Shown here one piece after another: positions 36,125 to 47,809 of a DNA stretch of 64,000 nt. The notes under the pieces are model-generated. The model saw nothing but the letters and a program-made list of their open reading frames with translations. It made no database searches and was not told the origin of the DNA. Made by a program: the position numbers and the translations under genes. Location of the stretch: the NCBI RefSeq assembly GCF_009914755.1, contig NC_060934.1. One strand, given 5' to 3'. How positions within the stretch are numbered: the stretch's first letter is position 1; each line of letters opens with the position of its first letter. This stretch comes from the human T2T-CHM13v2.0 reference genome, Homo sapiens.

Positions 36125-37020
36125 TATAGTTTCTTTTATAAAAAAAAAAACTCAAATATACAAACAAATGGAGAAAACTGTATGGTATAGTCTCAAGTGC
36201 TCATCAGATAGATTCAGTAGTTATCAGAATTTTGCACTACTTGTTTTTTTTTTTTTTGCTGAAGTATTTAAAAGCAAATTCCAGATATTATTTCATTTTA
36301 CTTCTATGTATTTCATTGTGAATCTCTAAAGAATACATTTTCTCACATCAGCACAATGCCATTATCTTACAACAACGAGAAATACACATTTAGAATAATC
36401 AAATTCCCAATCTCTAATCCAGTGTCCTCAGTTGTCTCAGGTCTAATTAGAGCTGCTTTGTATAGATCCAGATTCAAACAAGCTCCACACTTTGCATTTG
36501 GTTGCTACGTCTCTTTAGGTCTCTTTCTATTTAAAGCACCCTCCTTTTGTTTTATTCCGTGGCTTTGACTTGTTAAGGAAACCAGCTCAGTGGTCCTTTA
36601 AATGAACTTGTCTGTCTGTTTCCTCATTGTGTCATTTAACATGGTAGTCTATCCCCATATTTCCTGAAAACTGGAAGTTAATTCTAAACACTTGATTAGA
36701 TTTAGGTTGAATGTTTTTGCTAAAGATCATTCAAATGGCAAACATTGTGGCTTCCTCTACGTGTAGCATACATGTAGCCTATGAGGAGGTCCACAGCACC
36801 TGGTTATTCCACCTTTAGTGATGTGCAATTGATCAATGAGTTCCTATGGTGGCAGCCTTATGCCTCCAAAGTTCCCCATGAAGCCTTTACCCAGTGGTTC
36901 CATCTATTGCTGATCATTTCCTGAATCAGCAACTTTTGGAGAGTTTGCAAAATAGTGATTGTTTATTGTATCATTCTTTCCATTTCAACAGCTTGAATTC
37001 TTCTATATAGAAGAATTTGT
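36125..37020 (-). mobile_element. Ancient LINE-1 3' fragment (L1MC-like)
   Basis: 'gctgaagtatttaaaagcaaattccaga', 'cacaatgccattatc', 'ttgcatttggttgctacgtctctttaggtctct', 'ttgattagatttaggtt', 'gttgcaaaatagtgatt'-type L1MC 3'UTR motifs. Confidence 0.7.
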
Positions 37021-37058
37021 GATGTAGGTTTACTTAGTTTCTCAAAAATATAATTAAT

Positions 37059-37362
37059 GGCTGGGCAAGGTGGCCCATGCCTATAATTCCAGCACTTCGG
37101 GAGGCTGAGACAGAAGGATCACTTGAGCCCAGAAGTTTGACACCAGCCTGGGAAACATGGCAAGATCCTGTCTCTACAAAAAATAAAAATAAAAATAAAT
37201 TAGCTGGGTGTATTGGCATGTGCCTGTGGTCCCAGCTACATGGGAAGCTGAGGTGGGAGGATCACTTGTGCCCAGGGGGTTGAGGCTGCAGTAAGCTGTG
37301 TTCACACTGTTGCACTCCAGCCTAGGTGACAGAACAAGACCCTGTCTCAAATATATATAAAA
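37059..37362 (+). mobile_element. Full-length AluJ
   Basis: 'aggatcacttgagcccag.agttt', 'ggaggatcacttg.gcccagg..gttgaggctgcagt' and 'gaccctgtctc' are AluJ diagnostics. Confidence 0.93.
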
Positions 37363-38209
37363 TTTAAGTTGTTTGAAATTTTCATACTCAGAGAACACAT
37401 ATGAGTACTGATATGTTCATTTCATAGTTATTCATGACATAAACCTGGAATAAGTCATCCCCAGGAGTCTGACAACCATGTGTCTGGCTGCATCTTTAAG
37501 GCTGAATGGAAGAATGAAAGAGCCAATGATTAGCTGGCTGACCTATGGCAGAGTTGCCTCCTTTCCCACGAGGCTGGAATGCCAAAGACCCTCTAACTTG
37601 TGAACATTCTCCAGACAGTTCTGGGAAACTCTGGTACATCTGGACACAGCCTTAGCCACTGTCCATGGTGAACCTCTTTTCTTACAGAAAACTACGTTGG
37701 AGGACTTAGTCTGTCTAATAAGGAGAAGTTGCCAGGTATGTTCAACTACCATGTTTGATTTGAAGTGTAGGGAGTAGGGAGGAAGTTGTGGTAGGATATA
37801 AATAGGGAAAGGAAGGGCTATACGTGTAAAGATTCTTACCATGAGCTCTCAATGCATCTAGAAAGGAGGGATGGTATCTTTCATCCAATCAATGAAAGGG
37901 TCTTTTTTCCTTCTCTTTTTCATTCATCCAAGTATATGAGGGATACTTTTTTTATCATAGTCATCTCACTCACACACAAAGCCATGATTTAGATGGCACA
38001 TCAATCTTCCTATAATTTCCTTATTAAGCATAGCACCTGAAAAGTGACTATTTAATTGAGAAAAGTGAGATGTTGGTTTCGAAGAAGGAAAATATACAGA
38101 CTATCAACTGGTCCCAAACTCTTGGGATTCATACTTATATGGAATTAATCTAAGATAAGAAGGAAACAGGTTAGCAACTCATAGTAAAAGTCACACCCAA
38201 TGTATCTCT

Positions 38210-38630
38210 TGCCTTAGTTCGTTTAGGGTTGCTACCAAGGAATATTTGAGGTTGTGTCATGTACAATGAAGAAAGGTTTATTTGGCTCATGATTCTGATG
38301 ATTGGAAAGTTCAAGATTGGGATCAGCATCTGATAAGATCTTTCATTCTAAGCTGCTTCCATTCACAGTGGAAGGCAAAAGGAGTTGACTTATGCAGAGA
38401 TCCCAGGATGAGAGAGGAGGAAAGAGAGAGAGGCTGGTGGTGCCAGGCCCTTTATAACAACCACATCTGGTGGAACTAATAGAGTGAGAACTCACTCACT
38501 CCTAGGGAGGACATTCATCTATTCATGAGGGATTAGCCTCCATAAACCAAACACCTCTGGCCCCACCTTCAACACTGGGGATCAAGTTTTAATATGAGGT
38601 TTGAAGGGGATAAACATTTAAACCATAGAA
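38210..38630 (-). mobile_element. MST (MSTB1/MSTC-like) solo LTR
   Basis: 'ggtttatttggctcatgattctg', 'gaactaatagagtgagaactcactcac', 'tattcatgaggga', 'ggccccaccttcaacactggggatcaa', 'aaaccatag'. Confidence 0.85.
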
Positions 38631-38746
38631 CCCCTCTGCTGCAGAAAAAAAAAAAAAAACAGTAATGTGCTCATCCACATAGCCACCAATGACTGAGCCC
38701 AATCAGGCCCTTTCTCCTAGCCCAAAGGTAAAGCAAACCATCTGGC

Positions 38747-38836
38747 TTACTCTGTGAGTATTCAACTGGTTAAACTGGAATAAAGGGTGCATTACCCTGT
38801 GAGTACTCAACTGGTTAAACTGGAATAAAGGGTGCA
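38747..38836. repeat. 45-bp tandem duplication (2 copies, 2 mismatches)
   Basis: ttactctgtgagtattcaactggttaaactggaataaagggtgca / ttaccctgtgagtactcaactggttaaactggaataaagggtgca. Confidence 0.92.
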
Positions 38837-38988
38837 AATTACAGTTTCAACTCTACTCTCAACTCACCATGGGCTGTTACATGAGACACGAGCTGAGCAG
38901 ACAATAAGTCGTGTATTGATTAGTCAATCATTTGACAAATCCAACTGGTTGTTTATGACATGATAGGTGTCTTGACTGAATGCAACCT

Positions 38989-39356
38989 TGATATGGTTTG
39001 ACTGTGTCCTCACCCAAATCTCATCTTGAATTGTAACTCCCACAATTCCCTAGTGTTGTGGGAGGAAGCCAGTGGGAGGTGACTGAAGTATGGGGGTGGG
39101 TCTTTCCTTTGCAGTTCTTGTGATAGTGAATGAGTCTCATGAGATCTGATGGTTTTAAAAATGGGACTCTCCCTGCACAAGCTGTCTCTCTGCCTGCTGT
39201 CATCCATGTAAGACATGATTTGCTCCTCCTTGCCTTCAGCCATGATTCTGAGGCTTCCCCAGCCACGTGGAGCTGTAAGTCCATTAAACCTCTTTCTTTG
39301 TAAATTGCCCAGTCTCAGGTATGTCTTTATCAGCAGTGTGAACACGGATTAATACA
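38989..39356 (+). mobile_element. THE1 (THE1C/D-like) solo LTR with perfect TSD AACCT
   Basis: 'tgatatggtttgactgtgtcctcacccaaatctcatcttgaattgta...ccattaaacctctttc...ggattaataca'. AACCT at 38984-38988 and 39357-39361. Confidence 0.95.
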
Positions 39357-39584
39357 AACCTTTTCCCAGGCTCTTCAGTATATGTGCACAGCCTAAGGAT
39401 AATCTTTGAGGATAGCTCCAAGCATTTTTCTTCTGGAATCGACAGGTTCCAGACATTTGATCAAATACATAGGCTGAGGCAGATATCCTGGTACACATAA
39501 TGGTTGTGAAGAAGCCTGTTGTGCCTGGTTATTACAGATCACATGTAACAGTGTGTAAAATCTCCCGCTGTTCAGAGATTCTTG

Positions 39585-39905
39585 TACTAAGCAGGTTAAT
39601 TAAACCTTAATTTGAATCTCCCAGCTTATATGGGTCTGGCCTTAAAATTCTCCCACCTAATTCTCTGTCTATGTATGCATTAGTGAAGGAGGGAGAGGTA
39701 AGGTAAGGCATTTTATATGCCTGAGTCATTAAATTGCCTTAATCTAATTAATAGGTTGTGAAACAGTTGAAGGGATTTGATGGACATGTCACCTTAGGAA
39801 AGCCAATATATTTAAAAAATATTATTTTCCTTTGCAAAACACCAGCTGTAATGTTTTTGGTATGATAACAATTCACAATAAAATTAAATTAGCCGGCATT
39901 ACCTA
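39585..39905. promoter_or_regulatory. Candidate homeodomain-rich enhancer
   Basis: P3 site TAATCTAATTA at 39740, AP-1 TGAGTCA at 39722, GGTTAATTAAACC at about 39594, aattaaattag, and CAGCTG. Confidence 0.4.
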
Positions 39906-41264
39906 GGAGTCCCTCGTGAACACATTTATACCAGGCACCTGCAGATCCGGCTGGGGCTATAGATCCCCCAAATTTTAGAGACAATGGTCAACTTCAGTCT
40001 GGCTTTGAGGCATTAAGCTAACTTTAGGATTCAAAACATATTTGTAAACTTCCAAATGCTAGGCAAAATACAGCCACAGCCTGCATCTTCCAACCCATCA
40101 CTGCCTGTATCCACCCCCACAAACACACGCTCATGCCATCACCCAAAAGTTCTGATGCTTGACTCAGCCTCTAATGTCTACTCTCCTTCTTACCTTTACA
40201 GTTGTAAGTATAAATCAATCCCTTGTCACTGATGAGCCCTCTGGGAAATTCTCAGTCTCAGCTCAGGACACTAAAAGATGGTCATGAAAAGTTTCCACAC
40301 TGACGCACACATGTGTCAGTGTGCATTGCTAACCGTCGGGCCACAGGAACTGCTTTTCTAAGAGGTAAAAGCAAGTATGGCCTCTCTGGTCCCAGATTTT
40401 TATTTTATACTAGGTAAGAATGCACTCTGTATGTAAGAAACCTTAAATTCCCACTGTAGCTTGGGCTTCTGGGCACACCACTAAAAAGTATAAACAAGCA
40501 AACTCATGCATACACTTCTGCACCCGACTAACAACATCTCTAGGAAGAAGTAAAGATAAGAACATCCTATGAGCCTTGTAACACAGAACAGTTTTGGTGG
40601 TTGAACTTGAGAAAAGGTGCACTTTACTCATGGAACTCCATTCTCAACTCACTACAGGAGGCTGTGTGAGAAAACGGTCTAAAAACAGGCAATCAATAAT
40701 TTGTATAGCAAGCACAGTGTGCTGTGAAATAGTCCAGTCCGCAGATGTCTTTGAAGAGAAGGCGGAGTGGAAGGAATAAGTAGCCAGAAGTAACCCGTGG
40801 AAGCAACTTGTCTGTATGAACAAGGGTCTCTGAAGGAAGTTACAAAGCACTTGCTGCCTGGCTGACATCCCACTGAGATAAATGCACGGGGATCTCTCAT
40901 TTAAAAGAGATGTGCAGCTACAGCCAAGGGCCTGCCTACTCCAAGCACTTTGGGTCGAGCCAATCTCAGAACTGCAAATGACGCAGAATCATGGATGTCA
41001 GGCGTGAGCAGGGAGAAGGAGGCACCTGACTAAATCCTCTTGTGCCCCCAGTTAGGACCAGGGCTCCCCGTCGGACAGGACTGACAGGTGCATGGCCTTA
41101 GAAGGATGGTCACTGTAATGGCACTCAGTGGGCTCAGCTACACTTACTAAGTGGCTTCTGAACACTGCCGGGGCCATGAGAGTATGGAGGCCATTCTGCC
41201 AATGCTTTCTGGGAGCTTCAGGAGGCGAGGTGCCCAGCTGCCTCTTGTCAGACAGCAGACCTTC

Positions 41265-41450
41265 TGGGCTATGATCAGGGGTAAGACTGTGGACTCTGAA
41301 CCTGGGCTACCTCAGTTTGAACCCAGACTTGCCAGGTATTAGCTGTGTGGCCTGGGGCAAATCACCTAACCTCTCTGTGCCCCTGTGTTCTAATGGGTAA
41401 AACAGGGATTCAACTAAACCCTGTAAGTGAAATGCTTCACAAGTACCTCC
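41265..41450 (+). mobile_element. MIR SINE
   Basis: 'ctgtggactctgaacc...gtttgaaccc...tagctgtgtggcctggggcaaatcacctaacctctctgtgcc'. Confidence 0.75.
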
Positions 41451-42278
41451 ATAGGAAGTCCAGTGCAAGTGTTAGCAATCTTTTTTGGAAGGTTCGCTGT
41501 AGCCAAACCAGGCAGAGTGCTTGTCTTTGTCCCATGATGGTGCTGCCAGAGCGGGTGCGAGCTCGCCTTGGATCCCATCCACAGGACCATGTTGCTGGAG
41601 GTACCAGGACCATCCTTGTGGAGAATGTCTGTGACTGGTGGCCTAACACATGGAGATTCAGAGGCCTCCAGGCATGTGTTATGGGAGTGACTGGTGTGTT
41701 TTCAGAGCTTCCGTGGCGACCAGGCCTCTGTTCATCCTGCCGGGCAGTAAATCTGTTTCCTCCCGCTTGGCGTGCACTGGTCTGTTTTCCCTGACATACC
41801 AGCGGCTGGCGGCGGGTCTCCTTCAGGGCACTCTCCCTGGTGCTGCCTCTTTCATCCTCTTTGTGTCTGTGTTTGTGTGGCTTCTGCAGAGCCCAAGAGT
41901 GACCGTGCAGGCAGCCCTTGTCTTTACAATATTGGTCCTCGCAGCAAGGCAGCACAGAGCTTGGCATGTGGGGAGGCTGCGAGTGACACCCCCACTGCTT
42001 CCTTCTGCAGGAGAGTGTGAAGATATTTTATACAACAGAAAACTGAGCTTTACTGAACTGCTCTGGGTGTTCACGAGAGGGAGAATGCGTTGTCACCTTT
42101 TTGTTTCAATTTCTTTTTTGGCCAATGCAGTCAAAGTATTCCACTCTTACAAACAAATTGCAGAACTAACATCTCTTCCACCTCAAGCACATGCAGTGTC
42201 TTTTTGGAGAGGAAAGGACAGATCCCTTGTGAAAAATTGAAGACTGGGAATTAGGTGAAAATATGGACTTCCCATAAT

Positions 42279-42440
42279 CAGGGCTTCTCAACCTCAACTC
42301 TACTGATATTTGGGGGCTGGGTTGTTTGTTGTTGTGGGGCTGTCCTGTACTTTGTGGAATGTTTGTAGCATCTGTGGCCTTTATTCACTGGTTACCAGGA
42401 GCACCCCTCCCAGTCGTGATGACCAAATGATGATGCCTTC
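42279..42440 (-). mobile_element. MER20 (hAT-Charlie) fragment
   Basis: 'cagggcttctcaacctc..ctactgatattt..gttgtggggctgtcctgt..tgtggaatgttt..agcatc..tggcct...cacccctcccagtcgtgatgaccaaa' matches MER20. Confidence 0.85.
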
Positions 42441-43258
42441 TCTGCTATCTGGAGGGGGGAGGCTAAATAGCCTCCCTGCATTTGGGAAGGAGGAAAGAGC
42501 AGGGGTTACCTGTGTTGCCTTTGCAAATCTGGGCTGACACAGCCATGTGCATGACCTGGCTCCCACGGACTTGCATAGCTTGGTTGCCAGTGGGGAAGGG
42601 TTGTGAGGTGTAAGTGTCTGTATGGGCTGAGAAAAGGAGGAAAGAACAGTGCAGTCTTTCACCCCTAAATGCTCCACTTTTCACCAGGGAGAGAATGAAA
42701 AACACTTTGTGGGTGAGTCACAAACACTACGTTTTGGGGCCTGTAAACTTGGAAGCAGGGAGGTGCTATACTCTGAAGCCAATTTCATTACCAGGGCTAG
42801 CTTACATAGCCAGAGATTCAGTCATTGCTGGAGTGAGTGAAATATGGGCTATCCTCACAGGAGATTGAGAACTGGGCCTTTTCATCTTCAGAGGGAAGCC
42901 AAGTGGGTGCCATCATCCTGAGGAAGGCCCCTGCTCCAGAGGAAGCTGGGCTCTTTCTTTTTCCTTTGGAATTGCCTGGCTGTGCTGTTCATCGAGGTGC
43001 AAAGACCGACTGCCACATGCACTTCTCGCCAGACCACACTCGACCTCAGAAGCTCCTTCTGCTCCCAAGCAATTTACAAAACCCTGAAGGCCGATAACAT
43101 GGGCCGCCTACACATCTGACTTAGAGGGAACCCTCGGCATGAACATGTTTGGCCAACTCTCCTAACATTTGCTTTTATGTCAATTAGGATATTTCATTTT
43201 CATATTGAGCTCAACCATGGCTGGGTAACCTCACCCCCAGGTGGCACTGGCGGGAGGC

Positions 43259-43823
43259 TGTATCACATCAGTTTAGAGTTCCCTTCCCCACAGAGTTCTG
43301 GGCTAGCCTGGGCCACAAGATTGTTTCTGAGACACGGAAGGTGCCAATGAGGGAGGGGCTGGAGGTCCTTGGGGGTGCCGGGGTGCTTGCAGCTCATGCG
43401 GGGTCATTTCTTAGTGGAGGGGTCTAGGGATCCTCAATTCCAGCCCTCTCCTCTGTTCAGCTTCTCTGAACCCTGGCCCTGTGCTGGTTAGGGCCTTGGG
43501 GAGGGGACACACTCACTTCTCCTGAGAAGTCCTGGTACTAACAATGGAGGCCGAGAGGTGGTAGGAGAGCACCCAGATCCCAGTTCCTCCTGAGGGCCCC
43601 AGCTCAGCCACCCAAGTCCTGCTGGTCCTAGTCTCTCTCCTCATGACCATCTTCTCTCCCTAATGGCTAGCTCTGTGGAACATTGGCTCCAGCACCAGAT
43701 GTGGAAACAGGAACCTCCCCTAGATAGGGCATCCAGCCTCATGCCTATATCTATGTGAGGGCAAATGCCTTCTTTATGAATTCTTTATTACATAGATCCC
43801 CATGTGGGACCCTGACTCACACA
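43259..43823 (+). mobile_element. Possible old ERVL-type LTR (family uncertain)
   Basis: TG...CA ends and a 3' end 'accctgactcacaca' resembling the '..ccctgactgataca' termini of old ERVL LTRs. The interior is not confidently matched. Confidence 0.3.
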
Positions 43824-44015
43824 GGAAGGGGTGATCAGCCTCAGGCATCATCTTTAGGCCAGAAAAGACTTGGTTTCAGGCTCTAAGCAGAATAGGACAC
43901 CTCTCCTGTGAGCTGGTCAGAGTCTGGGGGACACTAAAGTTCCTGTTCCAGCCCCAGCCTTTTACCTCTGATACAGTGAAGTCAAGGTTTGTGTTGTTGT
44001 TTTGGCATTCTTGGA

Positions 44016-44394
44016 TGTATTAGTCTGTTTTCATGCTGCTTATAAGGACATACCCAAGACTGGGTAATTTATAAAGGAAAGAGGTTTAATTGATTCATTG
44101 TCCCGCAGGGCTGGGGAAGCCTCAGGAAACTTACAATCATGGTGGAAGGGGAAGCAAACACATCCTTCTTCACATGAAGGCAGCAAGGAGAAGTGCCAAG
44201 CAAAAGGGGGAAAAGACCCTTATAAAACCATCAGATCTCATGAGAACTCACTCACTATCATGAGAACAGCAGCATGGGGATAGCTGTCCCCATGATTCAA
44301 TTACCCCCCACTGGGTCCCACCCGTGACATGTGGGGATTACGGGAACTACAATTCAAGATGAGATTTGGGTAGGGACACAGCCAAACCATATCA
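44016..44394 (-). mobile_element. THE1 (THE1B/C-like) solo LTR
   Basis: 'tgtattagtctgttttcatgctgct.ataaggacatacccaagactggg...aaaaccatcagatctcatgagaactcactcactatcatgagaacagc...cagccaaaccatatca'. Confidence 0.95.
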
Positions 44395-45289
44395 CTGGGT
44401 CACTGGCCAGTAGCATATATGCATGTATTTTTCCACTCTTTGTGGAGTTCTCTGCATCCTGTAGTTACTACTGGACTGAGCTTCCTAAGGCCTGTGAAGT
44501 AGGTAGTGTCCCTTTCCCCTCCTTAGAGACAGGGCAGTGCAGGCAGGAGGAGGAGGACTCAGTTCGTCTGCCCGCCATCATCTGGCCAGTGATAGGGAGA
44601 GCTGGGCCTGCTGCCTCCCTGTATGCAAGTCTGATTGACTTCTTGCCCTTTTATTTTTTGGGGGCTGTATTATTATTTTTTAAATTTTGGATGCCAATGA
44701 CCTAGCTGAGAATATAGAAAGGGTGAAAATAAGGGTGTGTGCTTTGTGAAAAATATCAGGGAGAGAGAGGAATTTGCTGGTGTTCAAAATATTCACCGCA
44801 AGAGGCATGAGGTAGTGGGAGGCTTGGTAGCTTAGCATCTCATAGTGTAAACTTTTCCAGGGGATGTAAAGTGCAGTTATTTGCAAATATTCTGGAAGTG
44901 GCAGATTGTCATGTTTTGTGAGTCACTGTCCCAGTTAATTGAGACGTCTAAAGACTACGTAGGGAGAAGCTGAGGGTGTCACCCAAGAAATCTGGTTCCC
45001 CAGGCTGGCATAGCACAAGCAGGCTGGGCTGGCTTTGGGAGGGAGAAGCCAAATGTGTCCCATGTTCCCAGTGCCAGTTGATTAACAGAGCGGCATCAAT
45101 GCAGTCTCCGAGGACAGGCCTGCAGGGCTACCCTCCCGGCTAGGAGGAAAGGCTGCTCCCCTTGCTGGTTGGTGGCAGAGGTGGAGCTGGAGAGGCAGCA
45201 AATGACATGCCACTGTCCCCACATGGACGGGACAGCCTGGGCAGTGCTTGAGGAAGAGCTGAAAAGAGCTTGCTGAAAACCCAAATAAG

Positions 45290-46240
45290 ACGTTTTCAAA
45301 CTTGATAATCAACCCCATCAAAATTAAATGTTTGCTTCTTCTGATTAAAAAGCTGATGGAATGTTACCATAATTGGTTTATGCTTGCGGCTTCTGAACCA
45401 TCATGGATGGCTGCACGGCGTCTATGCTGGCTGTGTACCTATAGCCTCAATATGTAACACATATTTATTTGTACATTCCTAGAAACAAAACCCGAGTAAC
45501 TTAAGTAACTGATGCCTTTGGTCCCAGGGGCATGGACTATCTCATGCTCCGAAATCCAAATTGTTCTTAAGTAAATCAGTTATTTAAAAAAGTGTCCAGG
45601 GTTGCTGAAGTTGTTTTTAAGTCTAGCATCAAAACAGTGGGAATATGGGAAGGATGAAAAGTTTATTTAAAACAGAGCTGCAGATTTGTCCTCAGAAACC
45701 AAACTGTGAAGAATTGGAAAGCTCCGGCCAGGCTAATTCACTTTGGGGAAGGGAGGGGCCCTCCAAGGGCTGGGGGAGATGGCCAGGCTCACTCTGCCTG
45801 GCTTTATTAACTCATCCGTAATTAGCCCATAGCTTCGATACAATTTAGCTTGTGCCATATGGGCTAATATAGTGCTGAACGGTACCCCCCGTGCAGGTGA
45901 CAGTCTGTCACATTGAAGGCAGATTAGCATAAAACAAACAACAACACACCCTTAATGACAATGGTGCCATTTGCAACACCAGAGTTATGGTTGTGTAAGC
46001 ACTTCCATTAGAAACTCTTATTTTCAAAGATTTTATAAATTAGTCATTTAAAAAATCACTCTGGGCTGAAATAAAACCCAACCAATCAGCTCTTAGCCAG
46101 CAAGGTTTATGTTCAATGATACTCGACAAAAACATGTGGCAATGGCCCCAAGTTTTGGCTGCACACTCTTTTCTCTGGGATTCACTGAATCAAATATTAA
46201 GTGCAATTTTATGCTGAATGACAGGACAAATATTCAACCT
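45290..46240. promoter_or_regulatory. Long candidate conserved non-coding/enhancer region
   Basis: About 1 kb of AT-rich DNA with no recognisable repeat. Many TAAT/ATTA cores, GTGACAGTCTGTCAC at 45897, CATAAAA, AAACAAACA and CCAATCA. Confidence 0.45.
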
Positions 46241-47647
46241 AGGAAGAGAGGAAAACATTCTCCTTCTAGGGCGAGACTCATCTGGTCTTGCAGTTTTATT
46301 CCTCCTCGTTGAGACTCTGCATTTCCGCTGCGTGCTGAGGTCAGTGGCTGAGGGAGGGTTCATGACTGAGGACGGACACTGTTTTCACGGATTGGGGTTC
46401 AGCCTGGCAAAGTGGACCCTGGGCCCCATTCAAGGTGATTACAGAGTGTGAGAAGAGTCTGTGAGTTTTCTCTCCGACATGTTTCTGAGAAGAAAATGGC
46501 AGTGAGAAGCACAATTGTATTTGTAGTTTTCAATCATTCAGGGCCAAAACTGTGCAAGCGGTGAGAGTTCATGCACTCATGTCTCTAAAGGGCTCCACTG
46601 GGCTTGCTGGGCCCCATTCCTACACTGGTCCTGATGGCCACGATGCCTCTGATTCTCACTGGAAACCAGGACAGCCACTCACTCCACTGTGAAGCCTCCA
46701 CTTCCTTTTTCCAAGGCTGAAACTCTTTCGTTCATGGTTTTGGTTTTGCTCCAAGCACCTTGGGTGCCCCAGAAGAACACTGGCTCCCCAAAGCCTTGAA
46801 GCTCAGCTTGCAATTTGTTCTGTCTGGTCAGATGCAAGAGGAAGGAAGAAGTCCATGGCCCATCCTGAAATGCACAGGTGCAGATGGAGGGGCTTGGGAC
46901 TCTTGTTCTAATCTGTTGCCTCCAACATGTAAGCAGCTGGATTCAAGCAATGTTGAGCTTGGATATTCTAAATAATTGCATCTCGTCTCCATTTGTCCTT
47001 GAACAATGAATGAAATGTCTTAGCTGCCCTCTGCAGGACACAATTAAACAATTAAACAAGAGGGGGTCTGGGGCTGAGAAGCCACAACCAGAGTCTGGGG
47101 CTGTCGTCCAGGAAGGGGCAATATAAAGGATTTGAGGGGTTTGGGCATTTCCATCAGGACGTTTCCATCCTCTTACACAGGAGTGTAAGACCTGCTGTAG
47201 GCGAGGAGGCTAAGGCGTCTGTGGGAGATTTGGGCATCTCTAAGCATTGACCTTGGAGAAAGATCTCACATCCTAAAGAAGGAAACCACCAATTGAGATC
47301 GGCCATTAGGCTGAGTTTGGCTCCCTTCCTAAGGTTTGGTGAAAGCTGTGCTATTCCTTGGGCTGTGGTGGCCATGCCATCATCCGGAGGCTTTGACACA
47401 AACACAGTGGTCCTTGTGGTCTCCCCTGCTCCTGACCCTCTGTCCTGTTTCCCCAGTGAGGCTCTGCTCCTGGGTTGTGCCGTGGGGGTCTTTCATCAGG
47501 GGGGCGTCCAGCTTTACTCTGCTTAGGGGTGTATATCTACTCACTTTTAATAACGTTCAAGTCATGGCACAACCCTAGATGAGAAAATAGCATCTCTTTA
47601 TTAAAACTGCTTTATTAAGCCTGTTTTTCACCAGTGTGTTCTGGTGC

Positions 47648-47750
47648 TGTGTGTGTGCGCGCGCGTGCGTGTGTCTGTGTGTGTGTGTGTGTGTACATGC
47701 GTGTGTCTGTGTGTGTGTGTGTGTGCGTGTGTGGTCTGTGTGTGTGTGTG
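47648..47750. repeat. Compound (TG)n/(CG)n microsatellite
   Basis: tgtgtgtgtgcgcgcgcgtgcgtgtg... alternating purine-pyrimidine with few interruptions. Confidence 0.92.
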
Positions 47751-47809
47751 CTCTTTGCTGCTAAAGACTACCTCGTCTGGCAAGTTTTGCAGACTCTTCT
47801 TTTGAAAGG

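Noticed and set aside
39250-39270. PRDM9 hotspot motif in THE1 (CCTCCCT-type 13-mer)
   Set aside because: This copy reads CTTCCCCAGCCAC and the 44-kb copy reads CTTCCCCAGCCCT (rc). Neither matches CCNCCNTNNCCNC.
41650-42240. 196-aa hydrophobic ORF resembling a membrane protein
   Set aside because: No recognisable family. The hydrophobicity follows from TG/CT-rich sequence, and overlapping ORFs on both strands indicate chance. PhyloCSF or Ribo-seq would be needed to revive it.
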